Shown piece by piece: positions 51,501-63,310 of a stretch of DNA of 64,000 nt; the stretch's first letter is position 1, and each line of letters begins with the position of its first letter. Position numbers and translations under genes: made by a program. The notes under the pieces were generated by a model. It was not told the DNA's origin and did not search any database. It was given only the letters and a program-made list of their open reading frames with translations. The DNA is from Lytechinus pictus. Lineage: Eukaryota. The stretch covers positions 248,001 through 312,000 of the forward strand of contig NC_087252.1 in assembly GCF_037042905.1 (NCBI RefSeq), read 5' to 3'.

Positions 51501-51863
51501 TAGCTAATTATACAAGATGCTGCATTTAAAACCTTAGGCTCTCAAGACAGAAAGTTATACGTGTAGTTCAATTATCACAAAATTTAGATACGCAATAAAT
51601 AATTGTGTGAATTTTCAAAATACTCAAAATAAAACGCTTTTATTGAATATTTTTGTAGATTAAATTAGCTTTTTCATTGTGAACGATGAGGTTGAGTTAC
51701 CTTTCTGGTTAGATCCTGTGGTATGTTGTATTGTGTTTCCAATCGTATGTGTATCCCTGATATTGGTTTGAAGATCATCCTTAATGATGAAGAAAGTGAA
51801 GATGATTAGTCCAATAAATAACACGAAAAATATTGCACGCTCCTTGCTCCATATGTAATCCAT
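48543..51863 (-). CDS. WSCD1/WSCD2-like type II membrane sulfotransferase lacking WSC domains (~309 aa)
   Basis: Exons 51863-51701, 51349-51176, 50033-49830 and 48931-48543, all introns phase 1 GT-AG, 930 nt in frame. N-terminal TM segment AIFFVLFIGLIIFTFFII. Family motifs: [28 protein letters not shown] (5'-PSB), VKTH, ILLVRNPYRALVSEFNR (3'-PB), VYYEQL and ERLAC...EGKFHR. Confidence 0.9.
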
Positions 51864-52230
51864 TATTAGTCTCTATCTACACAAATCTAGTAGGAATTGA
51901 TCTGCGTTAATTTCCTAAAGAATGCTTGGCCCACATCTTAAAGATTGAACGAAGAAATAAACATATGAATTACGGAAAACGCAGAAGATCTATATACACG
52001 TACGCATGCAGCGCTGATGACGAATCTATATTCTCATATACACAGCGAAAAACGTTACTCCATGGACAAAAGGTTTCCTATATACTCGTAAGTAAAAGTT
52101 GGTTGTACAAGAACGAATGTATTGATTATATTGATTATTAAGGGGAGGGGCAAGGTGGAGGTTGAGGGGGGGGGGGGGTAGGGAATGAAAGAAACTTTTC
52201 CCTGAACAATAATAATGCAAATTTAATTAG

Positions 52231-52235
<5 letters not shown>

Positions 52236-52295
<60 letters not shown>
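52236..52295. repeat. (TA)n microsatellite
   Basis: About 30 TA units. Confidence 0.95.
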
Positions 52296-52298
<3 letters not shown>

Positions 52299-53224
52299 GG
52301 TATTCATTCAAATTCTCCACATATTGCAGTTAGATTGCATGTGGATTATAAAGTTAAAACATCTCTACATTCATTGATTACTTACAAACTAAGTCATTAT
52401 TTTCATACTCGATCTTCAGTTCTGTTATACAGGCTCCGAGACGAATTGTAATTGTTTTCTTGAGAGGGAATAAAAACCATTTTTTTTTTGGTTAACTTAT
52501 AATTTAGGCATATAACGTATCTCTAAAAGACAAGACCTTGAACGTCAATGTTTGATTTTAAGTCTGTTTTTGATGAACAACATTGTTACATCAACAAAAT
52601 TAGATTTCAACACCGAGTTTGAAATCCGCATTCAGGTTCAGTGTCACATCATGTGGGCACTGACGAAGTGTTACTTTAATATAAGCTTTCATTTATGAGA
52701 GCTACGCTCCTCGTAAAATCTACGATTTTGTTTCTACGGTATTTTACTAAGCCATTTGTAATCATTTATTCCTTATGCCGAAGCAGACTATTTCTCTCTC
52801 TCTCTCTCTGTCTATACCCATCATCGAAACCGTATGAATATGGCCTCTTTTCATGCTTTTCCAGGGATGGTTTTTGTACCACCTAAACTGTGATGCAGTC
52901 TGTTATTATCCAGTAAAATTCCAGCGAAGAAAATTTCTTTCAACGTGAGGTTTTTTTGCGACTTCATGCACCAAAGTTTTGTTTTAAAATCTCGATATTC
53001 TGGAAAAGAAACAGTAGAAAAATTTGTATTTATTCAATAAACCGCAAATATGGTAGACCAAAGGCTGAATTACATTTTTTAAGACTCAACTCAATTATAT
53101 CCAATTTGATTTACACATTTGAGGAATCATGTCTGGTACACTAGATACAACTAGAAAGGAGAGCAGGAGAGAAAGTGAAATAAGTATGAAAGAGAGAGGG
53201 TAGAGTGGATGATAGAGATAAATA

Positions 53225-53662
53225 ACACACACCCCACCCTCCACACATACACCCTCACAAGGGCCTCCCTCACCCACCCCAGCACACATACTCACCCCCA
53301 CACATACACCCAGCACTGCATACACCCGGCTCACTACACCCTCCCTCCCACATACGAGAAGGCGCACACACACACACCCCAAACATACACCCTCACCCCC
53401 ACACATATCTTCATCCCCGAACATACACCCTCACAAACACTCCCTCACCCCCCACACACACAAGAAAACGCACACACACCCCAAACATACACCCTCACCC
53501 TCACACATATCTTCATCCCCACAAAAAACCCTCACAAACACTCCCTTACCCCCCCCCCCCCACACACAAGAAAACGCACGCATACACCCAGACATACAAC
53601 CTCACAAATCCTACCCCATCTCTCTCACACACACACACATACACGAGACGACGCACACACAT
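53225..53662. repeat. CA/C-rich low-complexity tract
   Basis: Degenerate CACACACCC repeats with a ~110-bp internal duplication. Confidence 0.85.
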
Positions 53663-53796
53663 GCAATTACCCATTCTCATTCCTGGGCCTCATTCTTCTG
53701 CATTCAATTCGGTATCTGTTTATTATCGATTTTGACAAGTTATTTATCATTCATGTTTATGATGTGTCTTTTGTTCAAAAATCGATAAATATCTAA

Positions 53797-54008
53797 AAAA
53801 ATCATTTCGGTGAATGGAGAAATGATGGTGACTTTTGTTGAACTGATTGCTAAGAAAACACGAGTGCATGTAAGCAAGCAACCAGATGACCGACAGCTTA
53901 AGGTCTGACTCCTCTCCAAGGGACGTGGTAATGAGGATGAAGAAACGAACACGGGTCGATCACCGAAATCCGAAAACCCCGCTCTACCGACTGAGCGATC
54001 GCGCCTCC
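53797..54008 (-). mobile_element. tRNA-derived SINE
   Basis: Reverse complement begins GGAGGCGCGATCGCTCAGTCGGTAGAGCG...GTGTTCG. Confidence 0.6.
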
Positions 54009-54714
54009 TTTGGGTGACTTCTTGTTGGTCTTGGGCTGCATGTTTAGTCCCAGATACAGATAACAATTGCAACAATTTCAAAACAGCATGGAACCCAGTA
54101 TAATAGATTACAGTCACAGATATCAACAATATGTAATTCAGCATTTTAGCATAGGTTTTAATTTATAATAACTTGCGGCTTACTTTTTAGAATACAACGC
54201 AACTCAGAAAAGGCGCCCGCCAGCGCCGTTATTGATTAATACTGAAAGTGATTTTACACTCTATAGACATCACGAACCTTGACTGAATCAATAATGCAAC
54301 ATGAATTCATTTGCATGAATAAAACACATTCACAAAAATCTTATAACAAAGGAGCAGCAACACCTGAACTGAACATGTTAGCTATTGTATGCCGAAGGAC
54401 GTACGGCATATAATATCATATTTCTTGGTGTGAAGCATTGCCACTTGTTAACAATGCAAGATGAATTTTATTGAAAATTAAGGAATAGATTCTTCTTCTA
54501 TCAAGAAAAAAGTTGGGATACACCGGCCAAAACATCTACCTGAGGCAGCCACTTTTAAGATCAAAGATACAGCATTTTGAAGTCTTAATTTTCACAGAAC
54601 AGTGATAGTATGAAGGCAGTTATCATGTATTCCAATACACATGATCAACAGAGACATAACTCATTTTTAAACTGAACTGAAAACATTGAAATACAATAGG
54701 AATTATGTGCCACT

Positions 54715-54978
54715 GGGCATGGTGGCTCAGTGACCGGTGGCTCAGTGGTAGAGCGTCCGCCTCATGAACGGGAGGTCGTGGGTTCGATCCCCGGCCGAGT
54801 CATATATACCAAAGACTTATAAAATGTGACCCTCTGCCTTCTTAATTGGCGCTCAGCATTTAGATTGGAGAAGGGTAATAATAACATATTATGTTATGCA
54901 GGGCCCGCTGGAAGAGCAGTCTTATGATTGAAGTGGCTACCCTGGGTAAATAAAACGTTATTATTTTATCATCATCAG
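54715..54978 (+). mobile_element. tRNA-derived SINE with duplicated A-box
   Basis: GGTGGCTCAGTG occurs twice, then GGTTCGATCCCCGGCCG and an AATAAAA-(TTA/TCA)n tail. Confidence 0.8.
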
Positions 54979-56313
54979 CTCGCCAATATGCATTCTTCTC
55001 ATATCTCACGTATGATTTTGATTTGTATGAGGTATCCATAGGAAGAATTATATGCCTCACAAGATTCCTTTATTGGAACACTTTAAAAGGTTCAAAGGTA
55101 ACAAGTATATGTAATCATTCTAATGCCAAGACAAAATTTTATGATATTATATAACATAGTGATGTAGATCAATTTTTATTTGATGAACCAATCAAGTCCA
55201 TTCTTCGCTAAGTTAAAAAACAGACAGGTCACATGGTAGGATTCAGCCAATTAATTGATTAGAGCCCATATCATGCATGTTATAAACTAACAAAAAGAGC
55301 AAGACATGCAGACAGTTGCAAAGCACACCATACTTGTATTTATCTGAGCCTTGTGAGGGTAGAACAATGTCTAAATGCTTCGTTACACTGAGGACATACA
55401 TACGTTTTTTTTCCGCTCCGGTAAAGGTTCTTATGTGCACATTCAGGCCCTGCACTGATTGACAAGGACCCTTTCCCTGTGGATTAGTATATGCCAAGGT
55501 AGGGCTAGTCGAATTATAACATGATACCTATGTGCCACACCAAAGTAAAAAATAGGGGCCTCTGGAACTAAATATTTGTCTTAAAAATGGAAGTCTCCGG
55601 AACGGCCCTAGAATCAACGATTGCTAAAAATACATTGCTCTGGAACTGACCTGGTCCACAAAAAAAATGGGGGTCTCCGAAAATCAAATGACTCCGCGTC
55701 GATCAAACTCAACACCCCGACCGACTGAGTAGTTCATGATGGGCGTGCACTGGAACAAGAAACCACAAATTTGAGGTTCTCCGGAACGGGGAAAATAGGA
55801 ATTTCTATGGCTTTCCAAATTGGTAATGGTCTGGAACAGAAATTTAGGCAGAAAATGGGGGTCTCGACCGCGGCACATACATATCATACATTTATGCTAA
55901 GTAGCCCCCCTCCCACGGGATTATATGTTCTGCAAGTATCTGGGTAGAACTACAACCACAGACGTTGCATGCGAGGGGCTTCTCACTATTATGGGTTATC
56001 TGGTGTGCTTCCATGTCGGGTTCAATGGCATTTGCTAAGGCAACAATTGCATCGCTGTGAATTTCACACACTATAGGAATCGCCAACATCAACCCTGGAT
56101 TTAACACTATACCCTGTCCTAAATTTAACCCTAAAACTCAAATAATATCCTATTGAAGCCCTAACACTAACCCTATATCTTGGCTGAAATAAAGCCCAGA
56201 GCAATTGCCTCCGGCGCAAATGCCACCCCATGTCAATCTTTTTAGCATAGGTGAGAAGATCTTACTTTGTCACAATGACGAATACGCATAAGGTTTGTCT
56301 CTGGTATAGGGTT

Positions 56314-58130
56314 TTATGTGGGAATAATGGACACTACAATGGTTTCCATTCCTGTGTGTGTATTTCTGTGTTCCACCAGCTCATGTGTACTATTAAATCT
56401 TGCATCACACACCAAGCATGAAAAGGGGTTCTCACTCGTATGAGTTCTTTCGTGTTCAACTAATCTATCTCTCTTCCAATATGTCTTTGAACAAAGTGAA
56501 CACTGGTGTGGCTTTTTCCCTGTATGAACAGTCATATGTGACCTGAGATTACTGTCAAACCTGAAGGTTTTGTCACAAATAGAACAGACGTAAGGTTTTT
56601 CTTTTGTATGAATTCTCATATGTCTTCCGAGATTAGAGCCACGCAGAAATCTTTTCTTGCACACGGGACATTCATGAGGCTTTTCATCTCCATGGGTTCT
56701 CAAATGTTTATCCAGATAAGATATTTGGTAAAATCCTTTGTTGCAAATAGCACACCTAAAAGGTTTTTCTTCTACCGGGTTATTGGAAGATTGTCCATCA
56801 CGTACACTTCCGGTTTCACTTAAATGTGTTCTTTCATGTGCAATCAATTGAGCTCTCTTCCAATATGTCTTTGAACAAAGTGAACACTGGTGTGGCTTTT
56901 TCCCTGTATGAACAGTCATATGTGACCTGAGATTACTGTCAAACCTGAAGGTTTTGTCACAAATAGAACAGACGTAAGGTTTTTCTTTTGTATGAATTCT
57001 CATATGTCTTCCGAGATTAGAGCCACGCAGAAATCTTTTCTTGCACACGGGACATTCATGAGGCTTTTCATCTCCATGGGTTCTCAAATGTTTATCCAGA
57101 TAAGGTATTTGGTAAAATCCTTTGTTGCAAATAGCACACCTAAAAGGTTTTTCTTCTACCGGGTTATTGGAAGATTGTCCATCATGTACACTTCCGGTTT
57201 CACTTAAATGTGTTCTTTCATGTGCAATCAATTGAGCTCTCTTCCAATAGGTCTGCGAACAATGTGAACACTGATGTGGTTTTTCCCCTGTATGGACTGC
57301 CATATGTGCTTTGAGATTACTGGCATCGCCGAAGCATTTGTCACAGATTGAACACGCGTAGGGTTTTTCTCCTGTGTGAATTCGCACATGAGTTCTGAGA
57401 TCATATGCACGCACAAATTTTTTCTCGCACAAAGAACACTCGTGAAGCCTTTCATTTTTGCTTGAACAAACTCGAGTAGACTGTATACTTTCCGTTTTAC
57501 GTACATGTGTTCGTTGGTGTGAAACCAAATGATCTCTCTTCGAAAATGTCTTTGAGCAAAGTGAACACTGATGTGGTTTATTTCCCGTATGGAGAGCAAT
57601 GTGTGTTCTGAGACTACTGGAATAACTGAATCTTTTGTCACAAATAGAACATTCATAGGGTTTTTCTCCTGTATGACTTTGCATATGGGCTCTGAGACTA
57701 GATAGATGTAGATATCGTTCCTTGCAAACAAAACACACGTGAGGCTTTTCTGTTCCATGGGTTTTCATATGAGAATTTAGAGAAGACCTATGCATAAATT
57801 GTCTGTTGCAAACAGAGCAGGCGAAAGGCTTATCTCTCGCTGGGTTGCTGGAAGACAAATGTCTATCATTTCTTATTGAACAAACAGGAGAAGTCTGTAT
57901 GCTTCCTGCACAGGACGTTTCACAGTTCGCACCGGACTCCACTTTGATGTCTGTATCTACATGTACTTCCAATCTTCCATCATTACGATCCACCTCTCTT
58001 CGAGAACAACCCACTTGGTTTGGTGCAGGATAAGAATCATCCTCACTCAGTCGATCTTCTAGAAGATGTTTCCCATGCGACCTATCACCTGACATTTCCT
58101 GAATCCTTCGAGACAAATTTGACTTCCCAC
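56314..58130 (-). CDS. zinc-finger terminal exon, 16 C2H2 fingers (4+3+4+5)
   Basis: Minus-strand acceptor ttctttttactcag|GTGGGAA, phase 1, same junction motif as the + strand exons. ORF 56314..58116. Confidence 0.93.
56469..57249 (-). repeat. 384-bp in-frame tandem duplication of a 4-finger module
   Basis: Offset 384 between 56469 and 56853. Only two differences seen. Confidence 0.95.
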
Positions 58131-60691
58131 CTGAGTAAAAAGAATAGGGTCATAAAAATCTAATGCTGATAGATGTGACACAGTGAACATGGGAGTAGAC
58201 AACACTTACAAGTCATGTTTCAATTAAATGGCTTGCATTTTACATGATGAAAGGCTTATAAAAGGCCCTTGATCAATCCAAAGAATGGAGACCATTGAAT
58301 GACAACTGAAAGAACACAAATTGGAAAGGTCTTTCAGACCTATCTAGGGTTGCTGAAATTTGTGGTCTCAGTGGAAGAGATCCCCTGACACTTCATATCT
58401 TGCTGATCTACACTCCTGATCTTGCAACATTTTATCTTTCAATATTTCAATGATCTTGCAAAGATCTTTCATGCAACGGATGATATTTCGGCAGTCTTTC
58501 TATGGACTTTTACATCTAGAGCTTTCAATTATCTTTTGGGATCTCTCAAGAGTCTGTGAGTGATTTCTGCCCCCCCCCCCCAAAAAAAAAAAGAGTTTGT
58601 CAAAAAGATCATTGAAAAACTAAACAAGAGCTTGATTCAGAGTTCATTAAGAGATCGCTGAAAGACCATGGATGCTACTAAAAGTTCGCTGAATCATTTC
58701 AAAAATATTTTGAGTCTTTTCTCAGAGATATGACAAAATCAGTATTCTCCTGGATGTAATAACTTTTGTCACAAAAATTGTCATAAAGTTTGTCTCCTCT
58801 CTTTACAGCGCACCAGAAATACGTGGCTTTAAATGTGTGTAACCCCAGTATACAAGCAAAAGATATGACAAAAATTGACAGGGTCTAGCAGTAATAAATT
58901 TTGTCATATCTTTTAGTACCTAATATCACGATACCCTGCCGACTAAATGTCAAACATACAATGATATTATTTAGACTAGATTGTGGTATTACTTTCACTC
59001 TTCATCCATGACTATTTTCAAAAGTATTTTTTCATGCTACAATTAGTTAGACCCTACATATAAATTCCTCCTTTTTTTCCCTGGTTTACTTTTTTTCCAT
59101 CTCTCTTCAAAAACTCCTCATCTCCAGGTCTATTTTTGTAGTTAAGCGCAACGATGGACACGCAGTTGCACGATGCCAGCTACTGAATTGAGGATATGCC
59201 CCATTTGCAATAGGGCCTTCCTATTGGGCAGAAGGGCTCCCACTGTGAACTAACAGTGATTTTGATTGGTTTGCCTCCGAAAAGATGGGTGGAAACTTAG
59301 AGAGATATGACAGGGAAAAGACAATGTTCAGAATACCTATTTGTGACAATCATAGCGGTGCCACATCTCTGAGAGAAATGACAAAATTTATGACAAAAGT
59401 TGTGAGTGTTCCAGAATATCATAACATGAATACTGTTAATACCTCCAAGGATGGAGCGAGTTTCAAGGTGATTCAGGGGTTTTACATGCTTTCTTTGGAA
59501 TGGGGGTTTAACTTTTACAAGGTGTATGAACAGGGTGCTCCAAATACTTGATTCTCCAGACGGGTGTTTCATCAGTTAATTGACAATTCGTCTATTGCCA
59601 ACTCGTCCATCACACTCATCACATGGTCTACCTTCAATTTAACAGTTTAATGCTTGTCCGCCTGCCAACATTTCTTTTAACAACGATTCCAGTTGGTCCA
59701 ATAACCATTTAGTCCAATAATCACTTTGTCTTATCACTAGTTCGTCTATTACCATTTCGTTTCATAACATATGAAGAACTGGCTTGGATGAATGGTGGAT
59801 TAGTGGATGAAATCGCAATTAGACCCTGTGGTTAGTGGATGAACTGATGGTAGATGAGTTGGTAAGTGGACGAATTGAATTAGCAATGGAAAATAAACCC
59901 TTTCATCACCAACAAGTTGTCAAATCTGACAAATTATTATTGGCCAAGAAACACAGTTTCCATGGTAACTGTCAGATAAAACATACTTTGTCAAATAAAA
60001 CTTTTCCTAAATGTTTTCTATCTGAGCAACATGAGTGAGTATTTGAATATGGTAATGAAAGAGGAAGGGACTATCTAATCAATATGCAAAAGTCTTTCTT
60101 AATCACACTGTACCCATTCAATAGGTTCTACATTGTACACACTTTTTAAACATACACGTATAGTATGTTTGAAACACATTTTCTTCATCTACAAGCTTAC
60201 AGGAATAAAAACAAGTGGATATCCATTTACTTTTAAAATCAGGAGGAAATGAATTCATTTTCATCCAAGTCCTTTGTAAGACAGGGCCCTCCTCTCACAT
60301 ATAAAGAGCACATGTATGGCTTCTTTCCTTGGTGAATTTCTACAGGGTCAGATGTACTGAGGGTTGACCTTTTGCTTCATATTATATATATATACAGTAC
60401 ACTGTGCCATAGCTTACATGGTATAGTCTCCTTGTACTGTGTAGACATTTGGTGATCAAGTCTTTCTGTGGACTTGTAATAATCAAATTGGACAAATTAT
60501 GAAGTTATCCATTACATGGAATGGTAGTTGCTCAATGGGCATTTCCTCCGCTTTCCATACAATCGTCCTCATCCACCCTGTAGAGAAACACAAACATACT
60601 GATTCAAACCATCTTTTCATCAACAGAACAATCTTCCAATAACCATCAGATATACCAAGGGGTCTGTGCACTTTAGAATCATCAATACCAG

Positions 60692-61121
60692 GGTCTTGTC
60701 TTACAAAGATTTACAGTCAAATCAAACACAGATTATAGTAAAATTTTATGATTTTCCGACAGCCTACATTACGGTACACAATTTATTAAAGGCCTGGTCC
60801 CACTGCACTTATGGATGCAGAGAGGATGTAAAATGGAAAAGAATCTTGCCATCCGTTGGAAAACGTTATGTATCCATTGTGTACTCTTTGCACATGTGTT
60901 TCATACCGATTCACTCTATATCCACTGAGCATCCGTCCACTGTGATTTCATTGTTCACCCATTTTGTCAATTGTCTGGAGCGGATGAAAACGGATGGAGC
61001 CACCCCGAAATGTTGCTTGTCCGCTGTATCCGTTATGAATATGTTTTGTGTCCGTCGGCCAGTGGGACCAGGCATCAAGGTTTGATTTGAAATATATTGC
61101 AAATCTTTGTAAGACCTGCCC
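60692..61121. mobile_element. Harbinger-like MITE with a nested GGCCTGGTCCCACTG-TIR element (~60790-61075)
   Basis: Outer GGGTCTTGTCTTACAAAGATTT / AAATCTTTGTAAGACCTGCCC. Inner GGCCTGGTCCCACTG / CAGTGGGACCAGGC. Confidence 0.6.
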
Positions 61122-62609
61122 CTCATATATCAATTGATGCAATGAGTTATGTTTTATTTCACCTGATGGGTGTTTCATGAAGTTGTAAGTTACCACAGAC
61201 CTCAAGAAAGACTGGTGAACATTTCTTACGCGCTTATTGGTGCATAACATTTACTACCACCACAAGAAAGGACAACAAGTCAATTGTAAAGTCGTGCGTA
61301 ACTTTAAACAGATTTATGAAACACCCACCTGGTGGATAAAATCATACTTAAAGATAATAAACCTCTAACACACATTCACAACTTTCGAAATGAAGAAATC
61401 ATTAGAACTTGAAATATTTTTTTCCTTTATAACATCCAGAATATTCACTTCACAAATCAAATGAATTAATGCTGTGTGGGGTACGATGCATCGTGGTACC
61501 ATCCGAGATAGTAATCATTAAGTGAACAATTTCACGTACATGTAGAATGCATATTACACCTTATTTTTCAATACTTTATAAATTATGTAACCCTACATTG
61601 CACTTAATTTTATATAATGGCATGCAGAGTATACGAAATCACATCGACGGTTGATCGCGCGATCACAAAGCAAATTGGCTTGCACGTCACCCATGCCGTA
61701 ATCTCCACAATTCAATTGTCAATCGTACCAAATTAATTCAAGTTTGTAATTTCAATTACATGTACATGTACGCTAATTAATGCATAAAACCATTATTTGG
61801 CTGTAAATCTTTTTTCTTATAGCCCCCCAAACTGCCAGATTTTGGTCTGGTCACTCTTTGTAGTTTATAAAAAAAATATACATGTATATAAAAAATGGCA
61901 AAATCAAATTTTATGTATTTTATTCTTTTAAATTTGTTCTTTGACTTTGTTTTTCATTTTTTTTTCAAAGGAAATCGTAGGCAGCACGGTTTCAGTCATA
62001 AGTAACATGAAATCTACTGCTTTTATGTTTCAGTATTATATAACATAAAATCTACTGATTTTAACCAGTAAAAATAAAAATGACACGTTATAATATGACT
62101 CTCTAGGACACACTTTACTGTGTTATCATGATAATGGGTACTGACACAAAAGTAAATCCTTGATCAATATAAAAACCTATAATTCTGAGCTAATATGAGT
62201 TGTTTCACAAAGCTTTATGGTCTATTTGCACATGATTTCGAATGCATGCAATTATTTACATTTCCAAACTGATTTCAGTGCAACATGAAGTACTGTATAG
62301 TCATGATTTTGTGTGTTGATGCATCTTTACCCCTTGATTTAGAAATCAACTTTATAAGATCACTGAATTGACCATCATGATTTGTATCTCACAAAGAATT
62401 TTGCTCATGATTCCCAAATGTAAGCACCTTGCAATGTAGATTTCCACACTGATATTAAAATAATGTTGAGTTGAACGCACTGTACATGTATTGTGTTATC
62501 ATTAAAGTGTTTAGTGCACATTGAAACACCATTAAACCATCGTCTTCAAAATCAGCATTATTTATATAATGCAGCTTATCATGAGTTGTTCCACAAAGAG
62601 TGTGACTTA

Positions 62610-62759
62610 TACCTTGGTCACATTTGCTCTACGGCGAGTCGAAAACAGCCGTTTTATTAATTCTAATTCAAACCACCTAGATGTAGTTGGTACAAAAATG
62701 TTAAAACAGCTGTTTTCGACTCGCCGTACGGCCGCCGTAGAGCAAATGTGACCAATGTA
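62610..62759. mobile_element. 150-bp palindromic Harbinger-like MITE
   Basis: TTA TSD and TIR TACCTTGGTCACATTTGCTCTACGGCG. Confidence 0.75.
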
Positions 62760-62960
62760 TTAATAATAATAGGCAGTTCTTGTATAGCGCATAACACATT
62801 ATGAATAACTTCTCTATGCACTTCCAAAGGACTTGGATATTATTACCCCAGCTATAGCTCTGAAAGCAGCCTTCCAGCGCTCAGTGCATTTCAAGGAATA
62901 AATTCCTGTCAGGTACCCATTCACCTCACCTGGGTTGAGTGCAGCACAATGTGGATAAAT
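62760..62960 (-). mobile_element. 5'-truncated SINE (36696 family)
   Basis: Reverse complement of the shared core CACATTGTGCTGCACTCAACCCAGGTGAGGTGAATGGGTACC plus an (ATT)n tail. Confidence 0.75.
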
Positions 62961-63310
62961 TAATATTGCATTTTAAATTTCTAATAGCATGAGATTACAT
63001 AACCCCAGGGTCTGGTCAAACTATATCTCTGATGCTATGTGCATACCTCACCCTGTATTTTTGTTCAGATTTTTTTTGGGTACACAATTATATCAATCCT
63101 TCTGAAAAAGAAACTATGAAAAGATCAAGTCTCAACTTCTCCAAGCAAGAAAATAAACTTTTTTGTTCATGAGAGAATTCATTTTATAAGTCAAGATGCA
63201 TGGTTTTCACAAGTGATTTCTAAAAGATGTAGATGATTATTTCATGCATAAATGCTTCCATCTCTAATGTCTTTTGCAATGAAATAATTCATTTAAAATC
63301 AGGATGATTC

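Noticed and set aside
53095..53796. 195-aa His/Thr/Pro-rich ORF and its antisense partner
   Set aside because: They derive from a CA-rich low-complexity tract with no supporting splice structure.
54733..54805. Possible tRNA gene (also heads at 36710, 38686 and 53940-54008)
   Set aside because: The acceptor stem does not close, and each head continues into a SINE body and simple-repeat tail.
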